In this document: positions 21,328-33,518 of the stretch, piece by piece
Numbering within the stretch: position 1 is the first letter of the stretch
How the letters are laid out: the number at the start of each line of letters is the position of its first letter
NCBI GenBank assembly: GCA_964291675.2
Contig: OZ219866.1
Coordinates: forward strand, 800,001-864,000
Reading direction: 5' to 3'
Origin: Alphaproteobacteria bacterium
Lineage (GTDB): Bacteria; Pseudomonadota; Alphaproteobacteria; MPNO01
DNA length: 64,000 nucleotides
Translations under genes and position numbers: made by a program
Notes under the pieces: model-generated
What the model saw: the letters and a program-made list of their open reading frames with translations, nothing else
The model's database searches: none
What the model was told of the DNA's origin: nothing

Positions 21328-21801
21328 TCAACGCTTGCAGCCGTCGGCGTTCACGCGGAGGTATTGCTCGACGAACCCGCCCAGATGTTCCGCTATCGAG
21401 TCCATTATGTATTCCGGGCTTCCGCCATGCGTGCCGGTGCTGCCGGAGATCCAGGTCGCGGCGGAGCCTTCTTCGCCCGATGCCGGATCCTTCAGCCATT
21501 TCCGGTACTCGATGCCAACATGGAAGGCGGGACCCACCACGCTCACGCGGACGTCGAGATACGCCAGGCCGTCGGGGTCGTAGATGCCCGCCGCCCCGAG
21601 CCTGCGGCGCACGGCGGTCGCGATCGCCTTTTCCGTCAGGCCGATGCCGGCAGGGCCTCCGGTCGCGCTCTCGACCACCAGGTCGATCGGCCGGCAGTCG
21701 TTCCACAGCTCGAAACGGGCCTCCGCAGGTACGGTCGCCGGCCAGGCCGGCGCGGCGGCGAGCAGCGCGAGGGCAGCGAACGGGACGGTCGGGCGCAGCA
21801 T
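21328..21801 (-). CDS. Exported hypothetical protein (two Cys, near N- and C-termini)
   Basis: Signal peptide ...AAAPAWP; protein-like composition; fills gap convergent with MaoC. Confidence 0.7.
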   Translation of the reverse strand: MLRPTVPFAALALLAAAPAWPATVPAEARFELWNDCRPIDLVVESATGGPAGIGLTEKAIATAVRRRLGAAGIYDPDGLAYLDVRVSVVGPAFHVGIEYRKWLKDPASGEEGSAATWISGSTGTHGGSPEYIMDSIAEHLGGFVEQYLRVNADGCKR

Positions 21802-21940
21802 GCGGCCACTATATCCGGTGCCTCCGGGCTCGCGTAGGCGGCGCAGCCCGGTGTGCCGCGAACTGGAATGCCGGCGCGAAAGCGCCTATATTCAACCGGA
21901 AGTTGTCGCGTCGGGACGACGCGGGGAGGCGGCCGGTCCG

Positions 21941-22411
21941 ATGGATCTCGCGCAGGCGATCGACGCTGGCGTGCCCTTGGCCGCCATCATGGTGCCGGCC
22001 TTCGTTATCGGCTTCGGCGCCATCTGGCTGGCGATGCACACCGGATTCAACAATATACGGGTCGAATTCGCAGACCTGCGGCGCGAATTCGGCGGGCTGC
22101 GCAGCGAGGTGCACGGCGAGATCGCCAGCCTGCGCGGCGAGATCGGCAGCCTGCGCAGCGAGCTGCACGGCGAGGTGGCCAGCCTGCGCGGCGAGGTGGG
22201 TGAGCTGCGCGGCGAGGTGGGTGAGCTGCGCGGCGAGGTGGGCGAGCTGCGCGGCGAGGTGGGCCGTTTGCGCGACGAGGTGAGCGACTTGCGGAAAGAC
22301 CTCCGCAGCCTCTCCGAAAGGGTCGATGGCATCGCTGAGCGCGTCGCCAGGATCGAAGGCCGGCTCGACGCGCGGGACACCGCCACCCCGCCGGTTCCGG
22401 CGGGAGAGTGA
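21941..22411 (+). CDS. Small N-terminally membrane-anchored coiled-coil repeat protein
   Basis: GGAGG upstream of ATG; TM helix, then LRGEVGE heptads and 11-aa units; ends RVARIEGRL. Confidence 0.75.
   Translation: MDLAQAIDAGVPLAAIMVPAFVIGFGAIWLAMHTGFNNIRVEFADLRREFGGLRSEVHGEIASLRGEIGSLRSELHGEVASLRGEVGELRGEVGELRGEVGELRGEVGRLRDEVSDLRKDLRSLSERVDGIAERVARIEGRLDARDTATPPVPAGE
22097..22262 (+). repeat. Coding tandem repeats: 21-bp units CTGCGCGGCGAG(G/A)T(G/C)GG... interspersed with 33-bp units
   Basis: Directly visible, e.g. ctgcgcggcgaggtgggtgag x2 followed by ctgcgcggcgaggtgggcgag. Confidence 0.85.
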
Positions 22412-22517
22412 CTTTCGCCGGGCGATGGTCCGGCTCTCGGCACATGGTCCCGAATTACCGATTTGGCAAATCGCGGCTTCGCGCTAGAGTCGGGGCAGAA
22501 ACCATTTCGGGGAGCGA

Positions 22518-23021
22518 ATGATGCAGAAATCCGAAGCCGCCCGCGGCCGCGGGATCGTCTTGCAGCCGGGCGAAGGGCGTTCGTTCTGGCAGCCGGTGCC
22601 GGCCAACGGTTTCGCGGAACCCCGGCTGGTGCCGGGAGCGACCGAGTTCGACGGCATGTCGCTCGGCTTCCAGACCATCGCGCCGGGGAGCTATGTGCGC
22701 GAGCACAGCCACGACGACCAGGTCGAGCTGCTGGTGGGCTTCTCCGGACGCGGTACGGTGAAGGTCGACGGGGTGCCGCACCCCATGGTGCCGGGGACGA
22801 CCTGCTTCCTCGGCTACGACGTCAAGCACCAGATCATCAACGAGACCGACGAGGACCTGGTGATGGTCTGGGTGATCGCGCCGGCCGGGCTGGAGGAATT
22901 CTTCGAGGTCATCGGCCGGCCGCGCGAGGAGGGCGAACCCGCGCCCGAACCCTTCCCGCGCCCGGTCGACACCGAAGCGATCGACCAGCGGAGCGGCATG
23001 AACGCCACGGCGGAGGCCTAG
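22518..23021 (+). CDS. Cupin domain protein
   Basis: REHSH..QVELL...G.G and HQIIN cupin motifs. Confidence 0.85.
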   Translation: MMQKSEAARGRGIVLQPGEGRSFWQPVPANGFAEPRLVPGATEFDGMSLGFQTIAPGSYVREHSHDDQVELLVGFSGRGTVKVDGVPHPMVPGTTCFLGYDVKHQIINETDEDLVMVWVIAPAGLEEFFEVIGRPREEGEPAPEPFPRPVDTEAIDQRSGMNATAEA

Positions 23022-23822
23022 ATGCCGAAGGTCGATATCGGCGATGCGGAGATCTACTACGAGGAGGCGGGCAGCGGGCCGGCGCTGATGCTGGTGCCCG
23101 GGCTCGGCGGCAACGGCTCGTTCTGGGCCAGGCAGGTCGCGGCGTTCAAGGACGACTTCCGGGTGATCGTCCACGACCACCGGGGCGCCGGGCAGAGCAC
23201 CTACTCGCCGATCCGCTATTCGGTCGACCAGATGGCCGCCGACGTCCTCAAGCTGATGGACGCGCTCGGTATCGACCGGGCCCATTTCGTCGGCCATTCG
23301 ACCGGCGGGGCGATCGGACAGACCATCGCCCAGGACCACCCGGACCGGCTCAAGACCTTGGGGCTGAGCGCCACCTGGGCCGGGTCGGACGCCTATTTCC
23401 GTCGCTGCTTCGAGCTGCGCAAGGCGCTGCTCGAGACCTTCGGGCTGGAGCGCTACACCGAGATGACGGCGCTGGTCCTCAACCCGCCCTTCTGGGTGGT
23501 CGAAAACGACGGGGCGATCTCCGAAGCGGGGAAGGCGGCGCCCGGCAACAGCCCGCCGGTCGAGATCATGATCAGCCGGATCGACGGGATCATGGCCTTC
23601 GACCGCCGCGCGCGGATGGGCGAGATCGCCATGCCGACGCAGATCATCGTCGCCCGCGACGACATGGTGACGCCGATCCACATGACCGAGGAGCTCGCTT
23701 CCGGGATCCCGCATGCCGAGACGGCGGTGCTGGAGCGCGGCGGCCATTTCGTGCCGATCGTGCTGCCGGAGGACTACAACCCGCCGGTGCTCGACTTCCT
23801 GAGGAGGCACCGCGACCTCTGA
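23022..23822 (+). CDS. Alpha/beta hydrolase (RutD-like)
   Basis: PGLGG, DHRGAGQS, GHSTGG nucleophile elbow, GGHF. Confidence 0.85.
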   Translation: MPKVDIGDAEIYYEEAGSGPALMLVPGLGGNGSFWARQVAAFKDDFRVIVHDHRGAGQSTYSPIRYSVDQMAADVLKLMDALGIDRAHFVGHSTGGAIGQTIAQDHPDRLKTLGLSATWAGSDAYFRRCFELRKALLETFGLERYTEMTALVLNPPFWVVENDGAISEAGKAAPGNSPPVEIMISRIDGIMAFDRRARMGEIAMPTQIIVARDDMVTPIHMTEELASGIPHAETAVLERGGHFVPIVLPEDYNPPVLDFLRRHRDL

Positions 23823-23843
23823 GCGGGCAGGAAGCGGCGTGCG

Positions 23844-24863
23844 GTGAGACGGATCGGCATTCTCGGCGCCGGCGCCTGGGGCACCGCGCTCGCCGCGGTC
23901 GCCCGCGAGGCCGGGCGCGATGTCGTGCTGTGGGCCAGGCGCGAAGACCATGCGCGCGCGATCGCCGAGACCGGCCGCAACGATGCCTACGGAGACGTCG
24001 GTCTCGGCCCCGGGATCGCCGCGACCGCCGACCTGGCGGAAGCAGCGGCGGCCGTCGACGCCGTGCTGCTGGCGGTGCCGGCCCAGGCAGTGCGCGAGAC
24101 CTGCGCGCGCACCGCCCCCCATCTCGCGCCGTCGGTGCCGGTCGCGGTCTGCGCCAAGGGCATCGAACGCGACAGCGCGATGACGATGAGCGAGGTCCTC
24201 GGCGAGGCGCTTCCCGCCAACCCGGTGGCGATCCTGTCGGGACCCACCTTCGCCGGCGAGGTGGCGCGCGGGCAGCCTGCCGCGGTCACGCTGGCTTGCC
24301 GCGACCATGCCCTTGCCGAGGCGCTGGCCGGCGCGCTGGCGACGCCGGCCTTCCGGCCCTACCACTCGGACGATGTGGCGGGCGCCGAGATCGGCGGCGC
24401 GGTCAAGAACGTGCTCGCCATCGCCTGCGGCATCACCGAGGGGCGCGGGCTCGGCGAGAACGCGCGGGCGGCGCTGATCACCCGCGGCCTGGCCGAGATG
24501 ACCCGGCTCGCCCGCGCCCGCGGCGGCCGGGCCGAGACCATGATGGGTCTGGCCGGGCTCGGCGACCTCGCGCTGACCTGCGCCAGCCGGAGCTCGCGCA
24601 ACTACAGCCACGGGGTGGCGCTCGGCGCCGGAAGGAAGCCGGCGGACAACGCGGTCGTGGAGGGCGTGCCGACCTCGGCCGCGCTCGCCCGCCTCGCCGG
24701 GCGGCATGGCGTCGAGATGCCGATCGCCGAAGCGGTGGCGGCGATCCTCCATCGCGGCGCCGATATCGACGCGGTGATCGCCGGCCTGCTCGCCCGGCCG
24801 CGCCGCGCCGAGGCATGGCCGGCATCGCCGAGCGTGGTATCGCAGCGGATCGGGAGACGAGAG
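23844..24863 (+). CDS. gpsA: NAD(P)H-dependent glycerol-3-phosphate dehydrogenase (no stop at expected end; reads in-frame into EVE gene to 25277)
   Basis: GAGAWGTALA, LSGPTFA, GAVKNVLAI, GLGDLALTC, SRN. Confidence 0.93.
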
Positions 24864-25277
24864 ATGGCGTACTGGCTGTTCAAATCCGAGCCCGGCGCCT
24901 GGTCGTGGGACGACCAGGTCAAGGCCGGCACCGCCGAATGGGACGGGGTTCGCAACTACCAGGCCGACAACAACATGAAGGCCATGAAGCTGGGCGACCG
25001 CGGGTTCTTCTACCACTCGGTCGATGCGCGGGAGATCGTGGGCGTGGTCGAGATCGTGCGCGAGCACTACCCCGACCCGACCGACCCCAAGGGCCGGTTC
25101 GGCATGGTCGACGTGAAGGCGCTGGTGCCGGTTGCCTCCCCGGTGACGCTCGCCGACATCAAGGCCGAGCCGGCGCTCTCCGGCATGGCGCTGGTGCGCC
25201 AGTCGCGGCTCTCGGTGAGCCCGGTCAGCGACGAGGAATGGACGCTGATCTGCAAGATGGCGGGCATCGAGGCGTGA
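24864..25277 (+). CDS. EVE domain protein
   Basis: MAYWLFKSEP, WDGVRNYQA, FFYHS, SRLSV; own RBS-like GGGAGA upstream of ATG. Confidence 0.92.
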   Translation: MAYWLFKSEPGAWSWDDQVKAGTAEWDGVRNYQADNNMKAMKLGDRGFFYHSVDAREIVGVVEIVREHYPDPTDPKGRFGMVDVKALVPVASPVTLADIKAEPALSGMALVRQSRLSVSPVSDEEWTLICKMAGIEA

Positions 25278-25591
25278 CAACGCTCTGCGCGCTCGCCGAC
25301 ATCGCCGATCCGGGCGGCAAGGGGTTCGTGCTGGAGGACGGCAGGCGGATCTTCGTGATCCGCCGCGGCGGGGTCGTCCGGGGCTACCTCAACGCCTGCC
25401 CGCATCAGGGCGTGCCGCTCGACTGGCGTCCCGACGTGTTCCTGAGCGTCGACAAGTCGGTCATCCAGTGTTCCACCCACGGCGCGCAGTTTCGCATCGA
25501 GGACGGCGAATGCCTCGCCGGGCCGTGCCTGGGCGCCGCGCTGCGCGCGGTCCCGGTGGCGCTGGCCGGCGGTATGGTGGTGGCGGGCTGA
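25274..25591 (+). CDS. Rieske [2Fe-2S] ferredoxin
   Basis: NACPH ... CSTHGAQF ... GPC; GTGA overlap. Confidence 0.9.
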   Translation: MTTLCALADIADPGGKGFVLEDGRRIFVIRRGGVVRGYLNACPHQGVPLDWRPDVFLSVDKSVIQCSTHGAQFRIEDGECLAGPCLGAALRAVPVALAGGMVVAG

Positions 25592-25667
25592 GGCGGACGG
25601 TCGGTCTTCTTGTCACCCTTCGGGATCGACCCCATAATCGCCGCGCCACGAACAGGGGGTCACGGTC

Positions 25668-27608
<1,941 letters not shown>

Positions 27609-27617
27609 CGCCGGCCC

Positions 27618-28139
27618 ATGGCCCGGCCCGAACCGGCGGACTGGTCGCGCCGCCTGTTCGACCTCCTGGTCGAGGCGGGGGTGACGCTGTTCGCCTACGT
27701 TCCCGATGCCGGCAACCAGGCGCTGATCGACCTCGCCGAGGCGGGCAACGACACGCGGGCGGTGCTGCTGTCGAGCGAGCAGGAGGGTATCGCGCTCGCC
27801 GCCGGCGCCGATCTGGTGGGCGCCCGCGCGGTCGTCTGCATGCAGTCCTCGGGCGTCGGCAACTGCCCCAACATGCTGTCGTTGATCGGCGGCGGCCGCT
27901 TCCCGTTGCTCGCGATCGTGACCATGCGCGGCGATTACGGCGAGATGAACCCGTGGCAATACCCGATGGGCCGCGCCGTGGGACCGGTGCTCGAGGCGAT
28001 GGGCATCCTGTCCTACCGGGTCGAGGGGCCGGGCGACCTGGAGGCGGCGGCGCGCGCGGCGATCGACGCGGCGTGGCGCGGCGGCCAGGGCACCGCCCTG
28101 GTGCTGTCGCAGCGCTTCCTCGGCGCCAAGCCGTTCTGA
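27618..28139 (+). CDS. Sulfopyruvate/phosphonopyruvate decarboxylase-like alpha subunit (ComD-like)
   Basis: YVPD, EQEGIA, MQSSGVGN, RGDYGE.NPWQ. Confidence 0.8.
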   Translation: MARPEPADWSRRLFDLLVEAGVTLFAYVPDAGNQALIDLAEAGNDTRAVLLSSEQEGIALAAGADLVGARAVVCMQSSGVGNCPNMLSLIGGGRFPLLAIVTMRGDYGEMNPWQYPMGRAVGPVLEAMGILSYRVEGPGDLEAAARAAIDAAWRGGQGTALVLSQRFLGAKPF

Positions 28140-28155
28140 GGAGGCGCGGCGGGCG

Positions 28156-28746
28156 ATGACCGGGGCGGGACTCGATCGCAGGGAGGTGCTGGGCGCGCTG
28201 TTCCCCGACCCCGCGCGGTATCTGATGGTGGCAGGGCTCGCGGGATCGGCGCGCGACGCCGCGGCCCTGACCGGCGAGGCGGATTACCTGTTCGCCTTCG
28301 GCGGCGCGATGGGCGGGGCGGTGCCGATGGGACTCGGCATGGCGCTCGCCGCGCCGGACCGGCTTGTGGCGGTGATCGCCGGCGACGGCGAATTGCTGAT
28401 GAATGCCGGCGCGCTCGCCTCGGTCGCTTCGGCGATGCCGGAAAACCTGTCCATCGTCTGCATCGACAACGGCCGCCACGGCGAGACCGGCGGCCAGCTC
28501 GGCCATACCGCGCGGCGCACCGACCTCGCCCTTCTGGCGGAGGGGGCGGGCCTGCCCTCGACGATGACGGCGGCGGACGGCGCCGGGCTCGCCGCCGCCG
28601 CGGACTTCCTGGAGACCGCCCCCGGCCCCCGCTTCGTCTGCGTGCGCGTCCGGCCCGGCCCGCCGGCCGAGTACCGCCGGAGCTGGGATCCCGCCGAGGG
28701 CCGCCTGCGCTTCCGCCGCGCCTTCGACGCGGCGAGGCGAGCGTGA
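28156..28746 (+). CDS. TPP-binding decarboxylase beta subunit (ComE-like)
   Basis: GAMGGA, GDGELLMN...IDN TPP motif, ETGGQ. Confidence 0.8.
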   Translation: MTGAGLDRREVLGALFPDPARYLMVAGLAGSARDAAALTGEADYLFAFGGAMGGAVPMGLGMALAAPDRLVAVIAGDGELLMNAGALASVASAMPENLSIVCIDNGRHGETGGQLGHTARRTDLALLAEGAGLPSTMTAADGAGLAAAADFLETAPGPRFVCVRVRPGPPAEYRRSWDPAEGRLRFRRAFDAARRA

Positions 28747-28933
28747 CCGGCTCGCGCCGGCCGCCGAGCCGGGGCGCGGTTTCGCGGTCGGGGGCCGCTT
28801 CTCCTGCGACGATTCGGCCGCCCCGGGTTTAGCCTTACCGGTGGACGCAGGGCCGGTCTTGCGGTCTTTTCCGTCACCCCGGCACGTTCGCTTCCGGCCG
28901 CCGGGGTGCCCAACCCGCGACCGGGGACGCAGA

Positions 28934-30271
28934 ATGGATGGCAAGCGCGCATCCGGGCGACGCAAACCGCGCGCGGTCGCCCATACGCTGCTCAATGCGG
29001 TGCTGCTCGACCGGATGCCGCTCGACCGGGCGCTCGCGGACTCGTCCGACTTCGCCGCGCTCGACGAGCGCGACCGGGCGCTGGTGCGCCATCTGACGGC
29101 GACGGTGCTCAGGCGCCTCGGTCAGATCGATGCGCTGCTCGCCGCCTTCATGCGCCGGGGTCTGCCGCGCCGCGCGGCCTCGGCGCAGAACGCTCTCCGG
29201 CTGGGCGCCGCCGATATCGTCTTCCTGCGCACCCCGGCCCATGCCGCGGTCAACGAGGCGGTGTCGCTGCTCGCGGCACCGACCGCGCGGCGCTATCGCG
29301 GGCTCGCCAACGCGGTTCTGCGCCGGCTGGTGCGCGATGGAGCGCGGCTGAGGGCGTCGCAGGACGCAGCCCGTCTCAACACCCCGGACTGGCTCTGGCG
29401 GAGCTGGGCCGCGGCCTATGGCGAGGCGGCGGCGCGGGCGATCGCGGAGGCCCACCTGGCCGAGCCGCCGCTCGACATCACCGTCTCGGCGACGCCCGAA
29501 GACTGGGCGGACTGGCTGCACGCCGCGGTGCTTCCGACCCGCAGCCTGCGCCGCGCTCCGGCGCCGGTGGAAAGCCTGCCGGGCTTCCGCTCCGGCGGCT
29601 GGTGGGTGCAGGACGCGGCCGCGGCGCTCCCCGCCCGAATCCTGCTGGCCGGGATCGGGGACCGGCTGGAGGACCGGCGTATCGCCGATCTCTGCGCCGC
29701 GCCCGGCGGCAAGACCGTTCAGCTCGCGGCGGCGGGAGCGCGGGTGACCGCGCTCGACATTTCGCCGCGCCGGCTGGAGCTCGTCGCCGCAAGCCTCGAC
29801 CGGCTCGGTTTCACGGCGGAGCTGGTCGCGGCCGATTTGCGCGCGTGGACCCCGCCCGCGCCGCTCGATGCGGTGCTGCTCGATGCGCCCTGTACCGGCA
29901 CCGGCACGATCCGCCGCCGCCCGGACGTCGCACGAAACAAGACCCCGGCCGACCTGGCCCGGATGGCCGACCTCCAGCGCGCGCTGCTCGGCGCCGCGGC
30001 GAAGACCGTGCGGCCTGGCGGCCGGCTGGTCTACGCGGTCTGTTCGCTCCAGCCAGAGGAGGGGCCCGAGCCGGTGGAAGCCTTCCTCGCCGCCTGCCCC
30101 GCCTTCCGGCGCCTGCCGATCGCGGCGGACGAGGTGACCGGCATCGGTCCTTTCCTCGCCCCGAACGGCGATGTCCGCACGCTTCCCTCCGATCTCCCCG
30201 GACAGGGCGGGATGGACGGATTCTATGTCTGCCGACTGGAACGCCGCAGCGGCGCGGCCGCGCTCTCCTGA
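28934..30271 (+). CDS. rsmB: RsmB/NOP-family RNA m5C methyltransferase (NusB-like N-terminus)
   Basis: VQDAAA, DLCAAPGGKT, LDAPCTGTG, VCSLQPEEG, DGFY. Confidence 0.9.
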   Translation: MDGKRASGRRKPRAVAHTLLNAVLLDRMPLDRALADSSDFAALDERDRALVRHLTATVLRRLGQIDALLAAFMRRGLPRRAASAQNALRLGAADIVFLRTPAHAAVNEAVSLLAAPTARRYRGLANAVLRRLVRDGARLRASQDAARLNTPDWLWRSWAAAYGEAAARAIAEAHLAEPPLDITVSATPEDWADWLHAAVLPTRSLRRAPAPVESLPGFRSGGWWVQDAAAALPARILLAGIGDRLEDRRIADLCAAPGGKTVQLAAAGARVTALDISPRRLELVAASLDRLGFTAELVAADLRAWTPPAPLDAVLLDAPCTGTGTIRRRPDVARNKTPADLARMADLQRALLGAAAKTVRPGGRLVYAVCSLQPEEGPEPVEAFLAACPAFRRLPIAADEVTGIGPFLAPNGDVRTLPSDLPGQGGMDGFYVCRLERRSGAAALS

Positions 30272-30279
30272 CCGGATTT

Positions 30280-30777
30280 TCATACGAGGAACCCGGATGG
30301 CCGACGACGCGGCGCGCCTCGTCCTGGAAGACGGGACGACGCTCGCCGTCCGAGCCTGGCAAAACTACCGCGAACGCCCGCCGGCGGCGCCCGATTGGGG
30401 ATCGTTCGGCGCTGGATACAGGTATCGAAAACAGAATCGACGTATCGCAGTTTCGCCGGAGCCAGAGCTTTCAACATTCGCACAATCGCACGGGAGCCGT
30501 CGTCCAGAGCGCTTCGGGCAAGCGCCGGCACATCGCCTTCCGCCACCGCCGCATCGAGTTCCGCGTGGCGAAATACTTTCCGCTTCAGCACGAGCGAACC
30601 TTTGAGTTCCCGCGTCCTCTCACTGTAGCGGCGGCCGAAATGCCGGATTTCCTCGGCGTGAAGATCGCGGACGACATCCCAGAGAACGCGGTCGCGGACG
30701 GCGATGCCGGCCAGGACCTCGTAAGGCGAAGCTACGCGGTCGTGACCGCTCTCGTCCACGAACGGGACCCATGCCAT
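30280..30777 (-). pseudogene. Truncated DUF3800-like protein
   Basis: N-terminal FVDESGHD motif and ELKG; protein-like sequence breaks down after about 115 aa. Confidence 0.55.
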
Positions 30778-30887
30778 CCGGTCAGGCTGTCAGCGCTCCC
30801 GACCGGCCGCAAGAACCGCCGCCACCTGGAGCCCCGGCGGACGCCTAATCTGTTGCTGCGACTCTGTGAAGCTGTTACCAAGTCCAG

Positions 30888-31553
30888 GTGCCCCGAGCGG
30901 TAAGAATTGCGCCGTCCATCCTCTCGGCCGACTTCGCGAGGCTGGGCGCGGAGTTGCGCGCCGTGACCGATGCGGGCGCGGATCTCATCCATGTCGACGT
31001 CATGGACGGGCATTTCGTTCCCAACATCACCATCGGCCCGGGCGTGGTGAAGGCGCTCAAGCCGCACTCCGCCCTGCCCTTCGACGTGCATCTGATGATC
31101 GCGCCTGTCGACCCCTTCATCCCGCAATTCGCCGCCGCCGGCGCCGACATCGTAACCGTCCATGCAGAGGCCGGGCCGCATCTCCATCGCAGCCTCGCGC
31201 TGATCCGCGAGCAGGGCTGCAAGGCCGGGGTCTCGCTCAACCCCTCGACCCCCGCCGCGGCGGTCGCCCCGGTGCTGGACGCGGTCGACCTGGTGCTGGT
31301 GATGAGCGTCAACCCGGGCTTCGGCGGGCAGTCCTTCATCGAGAGCCAGCTCGACAAGCTGGGCGCGCTCAGGCGCATGATCGACGACAGCGGCCGCGAC
31401 ATCGCGCTCGAGGTCGATGGCGGAATCAACCCCGAGACCGCCCGGCGGGCGGCCGGGGCGGGCGCGGATATCCTGGTCGCCGGCACCGCCGCTTTCTCGG
31501 GCGGCGAGCCGGCCTATGCGGAGAACATCCTCCGCCTGCGCGGCGATGCCTGA
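30888..31553 (+). CDS. rpe: Ribulose-phosphate 3-epimerase
   Basis: [37 protein letters not shown]. Confidence 0.97.
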   Translation: MPRAVRIAPSILSADFARLGAELRAVTDAGADLIHVDVMDGHFVPNITIGPGVVKALKPHSALPFDVHLMIAPVDPFIPQFAAAGADIVTVHAEAGPHLHRSLALIREQGCKAGVSLNPSTPAAAVAPVLDAVDLVLVMSVNPGFGGQSFIESQLDKLGALRRMIDDSGRDIALEVDGGINPETARRAAGAGADILVAGTAAFSGGEPAYAENILRLRGDA

Positions 31554-33267
31554 CGGCGGCGCCGCCGCGGCCAGGACAGCCGGCGCCCGGCCGGTGCGCG
31601 GGCGGCGCCGCAACCCGGTGCGCCTGGCGCTCCACCGCCTGGAGCGCCTGACCGTCCGGCGCGTGATCTATTCCCTGGCGACGGTCTGGTTCAACGGGCT
31701 GTTCTACCGCCGCACGCTCGGCGGGCGCTACGGCAAGGGTCTCGCCCACGCGCCCCGGGAAGCCTGGCTGGGCGACGCCAGGCGGGGCTCGGCGGTGCTG
31801 CGGCGGGAATACGCCTTCGCCGGCCACGCCGAGACCGAGCCGGGCGATCCGTGGCGCGCCGCCGACGCGCCGCAGGCCTGGACCGCGGCGCTGCACGGCT
31901 TCGACTGGCTGCGCGACCTGCGCGCCGTCGGCGGCAGGACGGCGCGCGATCACGGCCGCGAGATGGTGGAGGACTGGCTCCGGCGCGAGGACCGCTGGCA
32001 CCCGCTGACCTGGCGCCCCGACGTGCTCGCCGCGCGGCTGACCAACTGGCTGATGGCGGCGGAGCATCTCTACCCGGTCGACGAGCCGCTCGACGCCAAG
32101 CCCTTTCTCGGCAGCCTGATCCGCCAGGCGCGGCATCTGGGCCGGGCGGTCGGCATGCTGGACCCCGGCACCGACCGGCTGCTGGCGCTGTGCGCGCTGG
32201 CGCTGACGGGGGTCTGCATGCCCTCCCAGGCCCGCAACCTGCCGCGCTGGCTCGACATGCTGAGCGCCGAAGCGGTCGCCCAGATCGGCGGCGACGGGGT
32301 CCACGTCACCCGCAGCCCGGCCGGGCAGCTCTTGATCCTGCGGCGCCTGGTGGAGCTGCACGGGGTGCTGCGCGAGGCCGGGATCGATGCGCCGCAGTCG
32401 CTGGAGAGCGCGATCGCCCGGATGGCGGCGGCGCTGCGCGCGCTGCGCCACGGCGACGGCCGGCTCTGCCTGTTCAACGACAGCAACGAGGAGGAGAACT
32501 GGCTGATCGACCTCGTGCTGAGCCGCGCGGAGATGCGCGATCACCATGTCGAGACCTCGCCCGCGGATGCCGGGTTCCAGCGCCTCGTCGCCAACCGCGC
32601 GGTGGTGGTGATGGATGCCGCGCCGCTGCCCCCGCCGGGCTTCGACCGGCACGCCCATGCCGGCACGCTGAGCTTCGAGATGAGCGTCGGGCGCCAGCGC
32701 ATGGTGGTCAACTGCGGCGCCTATTTCGGCTCGCGCGAGGACTGGCGCTTCGCCCAGCGCGCCACCGCCGCCCACTCGACCGTGACCATAGACGACTACA
32801 ACTCGGCCGACGTGCTGGGCGACTCGCTGATCGGGTTCCGGCCCCGGGTCGACTCGGTCGACCGCCACGAGGCGGACGGCAATGTCTGGCTCGACGCTGC
32901 GATCTCCGATTATGGCGGGATCCCCGGGCTCGGGCACCAGCGGCGGCTCTACTTGTCGTCGAACGGCGCCAACCTGCGCGGCGAGGACAATATTTCGAGC
33001 CGGCGCCAGCATCGCTTCGTGGTCCGCTTCCACCTGCACCCCTCGGTCACCGCGTCGCTGGCGCAGAACGAGGAATCGGTGCTGCTCCGGCTGCGCGACG
33101 GCGAGGGCTGGCGCTTTCGCGCCGAAGGCGGCGTCGTCGGGCTGCAGGAGAGCGTCTATCTCGGCTTTCGCGGGCGGCCGCGGCGCACCGGCCAGATCGT
33201 CGTCACGGGCGTCAAGCGAAGCGGCTCGGCGACCGTCAAATGGGCCTTTAGCCGGCTCGGCGGCTGA
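31546..33267 (+). CDS. Heparinase II/III-family protein
   Basis: [31 protein letters not shown]; typical neighbour of rsmB/rpe. Confidence 0.87.
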   Translation: MPDGGAAAARTAGARPVRGRRRNPVRLALHRLERLTVRRVIYSLATVWFNGLFYRRTLGGRYGKGLAHAPREAWLGDARRGSAVLRREYAFAGHAETEPGDPWRAADAPQAWTAALHGFDWLRDLRAVGGRTARDHGREMVEDWLRREDRWHPLTWRPDVLAARLTNWLMAAEHLYPVDEPLDAKPFLGSLIRQARHLGRAVGMLDPGTDRLLALCALALTGVCMPSQARNLPRWLDMLSAEAVAQIGGDGVHVTRSPAGQLLILRRLVELHGVLREAGIDAPQSLESAIARMAAALRALRHGDGRLCLFNDSNEEENWLIDLVLSRAEMRDHHVETSPADAGFQRLVANRAVVVMDAAPLPPPGFDRHAHAGTLSFEMSVGRQRMVVNCGAYFGSREDWRFAQRATAAHSTVTIDDYNSADVLGDSLIGFRPRVDSVDRHEADGNVWLDAAISDYGGIPGLGHQRRLYLSSNGANLRGEDNISSRRQHRFVVRFHLHPSVTASLAQNEESVLLRLRDGEGWRFRAEGGVVGLQESVYLGFRGRPRRTGQIVVTGVKRSGSATVKWAFSRLGG

Positions 33268-33487
33268 CCGCCTCGCGCAGCCCCTCGACGACGTAAACCC
33301 GGAGCGCCGAGGCGAGGCTGCCCCGCCGCGCGGCATCGATCTCGGTGACCAGCGCGGCGATCGTCAGGCTGCGCCGCTCGGCGGTCGCAGCGAGCTCCTG
33401 CCAGAACGCGGGCTCCAGCGCGACGCTGGTCCGGTGACCCGACACGGTCAGCGTGCGCCGCTCCAGGCCGGATCGCGTGAGGCTCAT
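33248..33487 (-). CDS. Ribbon-helix-helix protein (RHH_4/COG4321)
   Basis: GHRTSVALEPAFW...LASALRVYV. Confidence 0.88.
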   Translation of the reverse strand: MSLTRSGLERRTLTVSGHRTSVALEPAFWQELAATAERRSLTIAALVTEIDAARRGSLASALRVYVVEGLREAVSRRAG

Positions 33488-33518
33488 CGCGGGATCCGGC
33501 GTGCGCGCCGGGCGGCGT

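Noticed and set aside
22097-22262. Regular 21-bp repeats as a CRISPR or iteron array
   Set aside because: No spacers; the repeats are in-frame coding heptads of a coiled coil.
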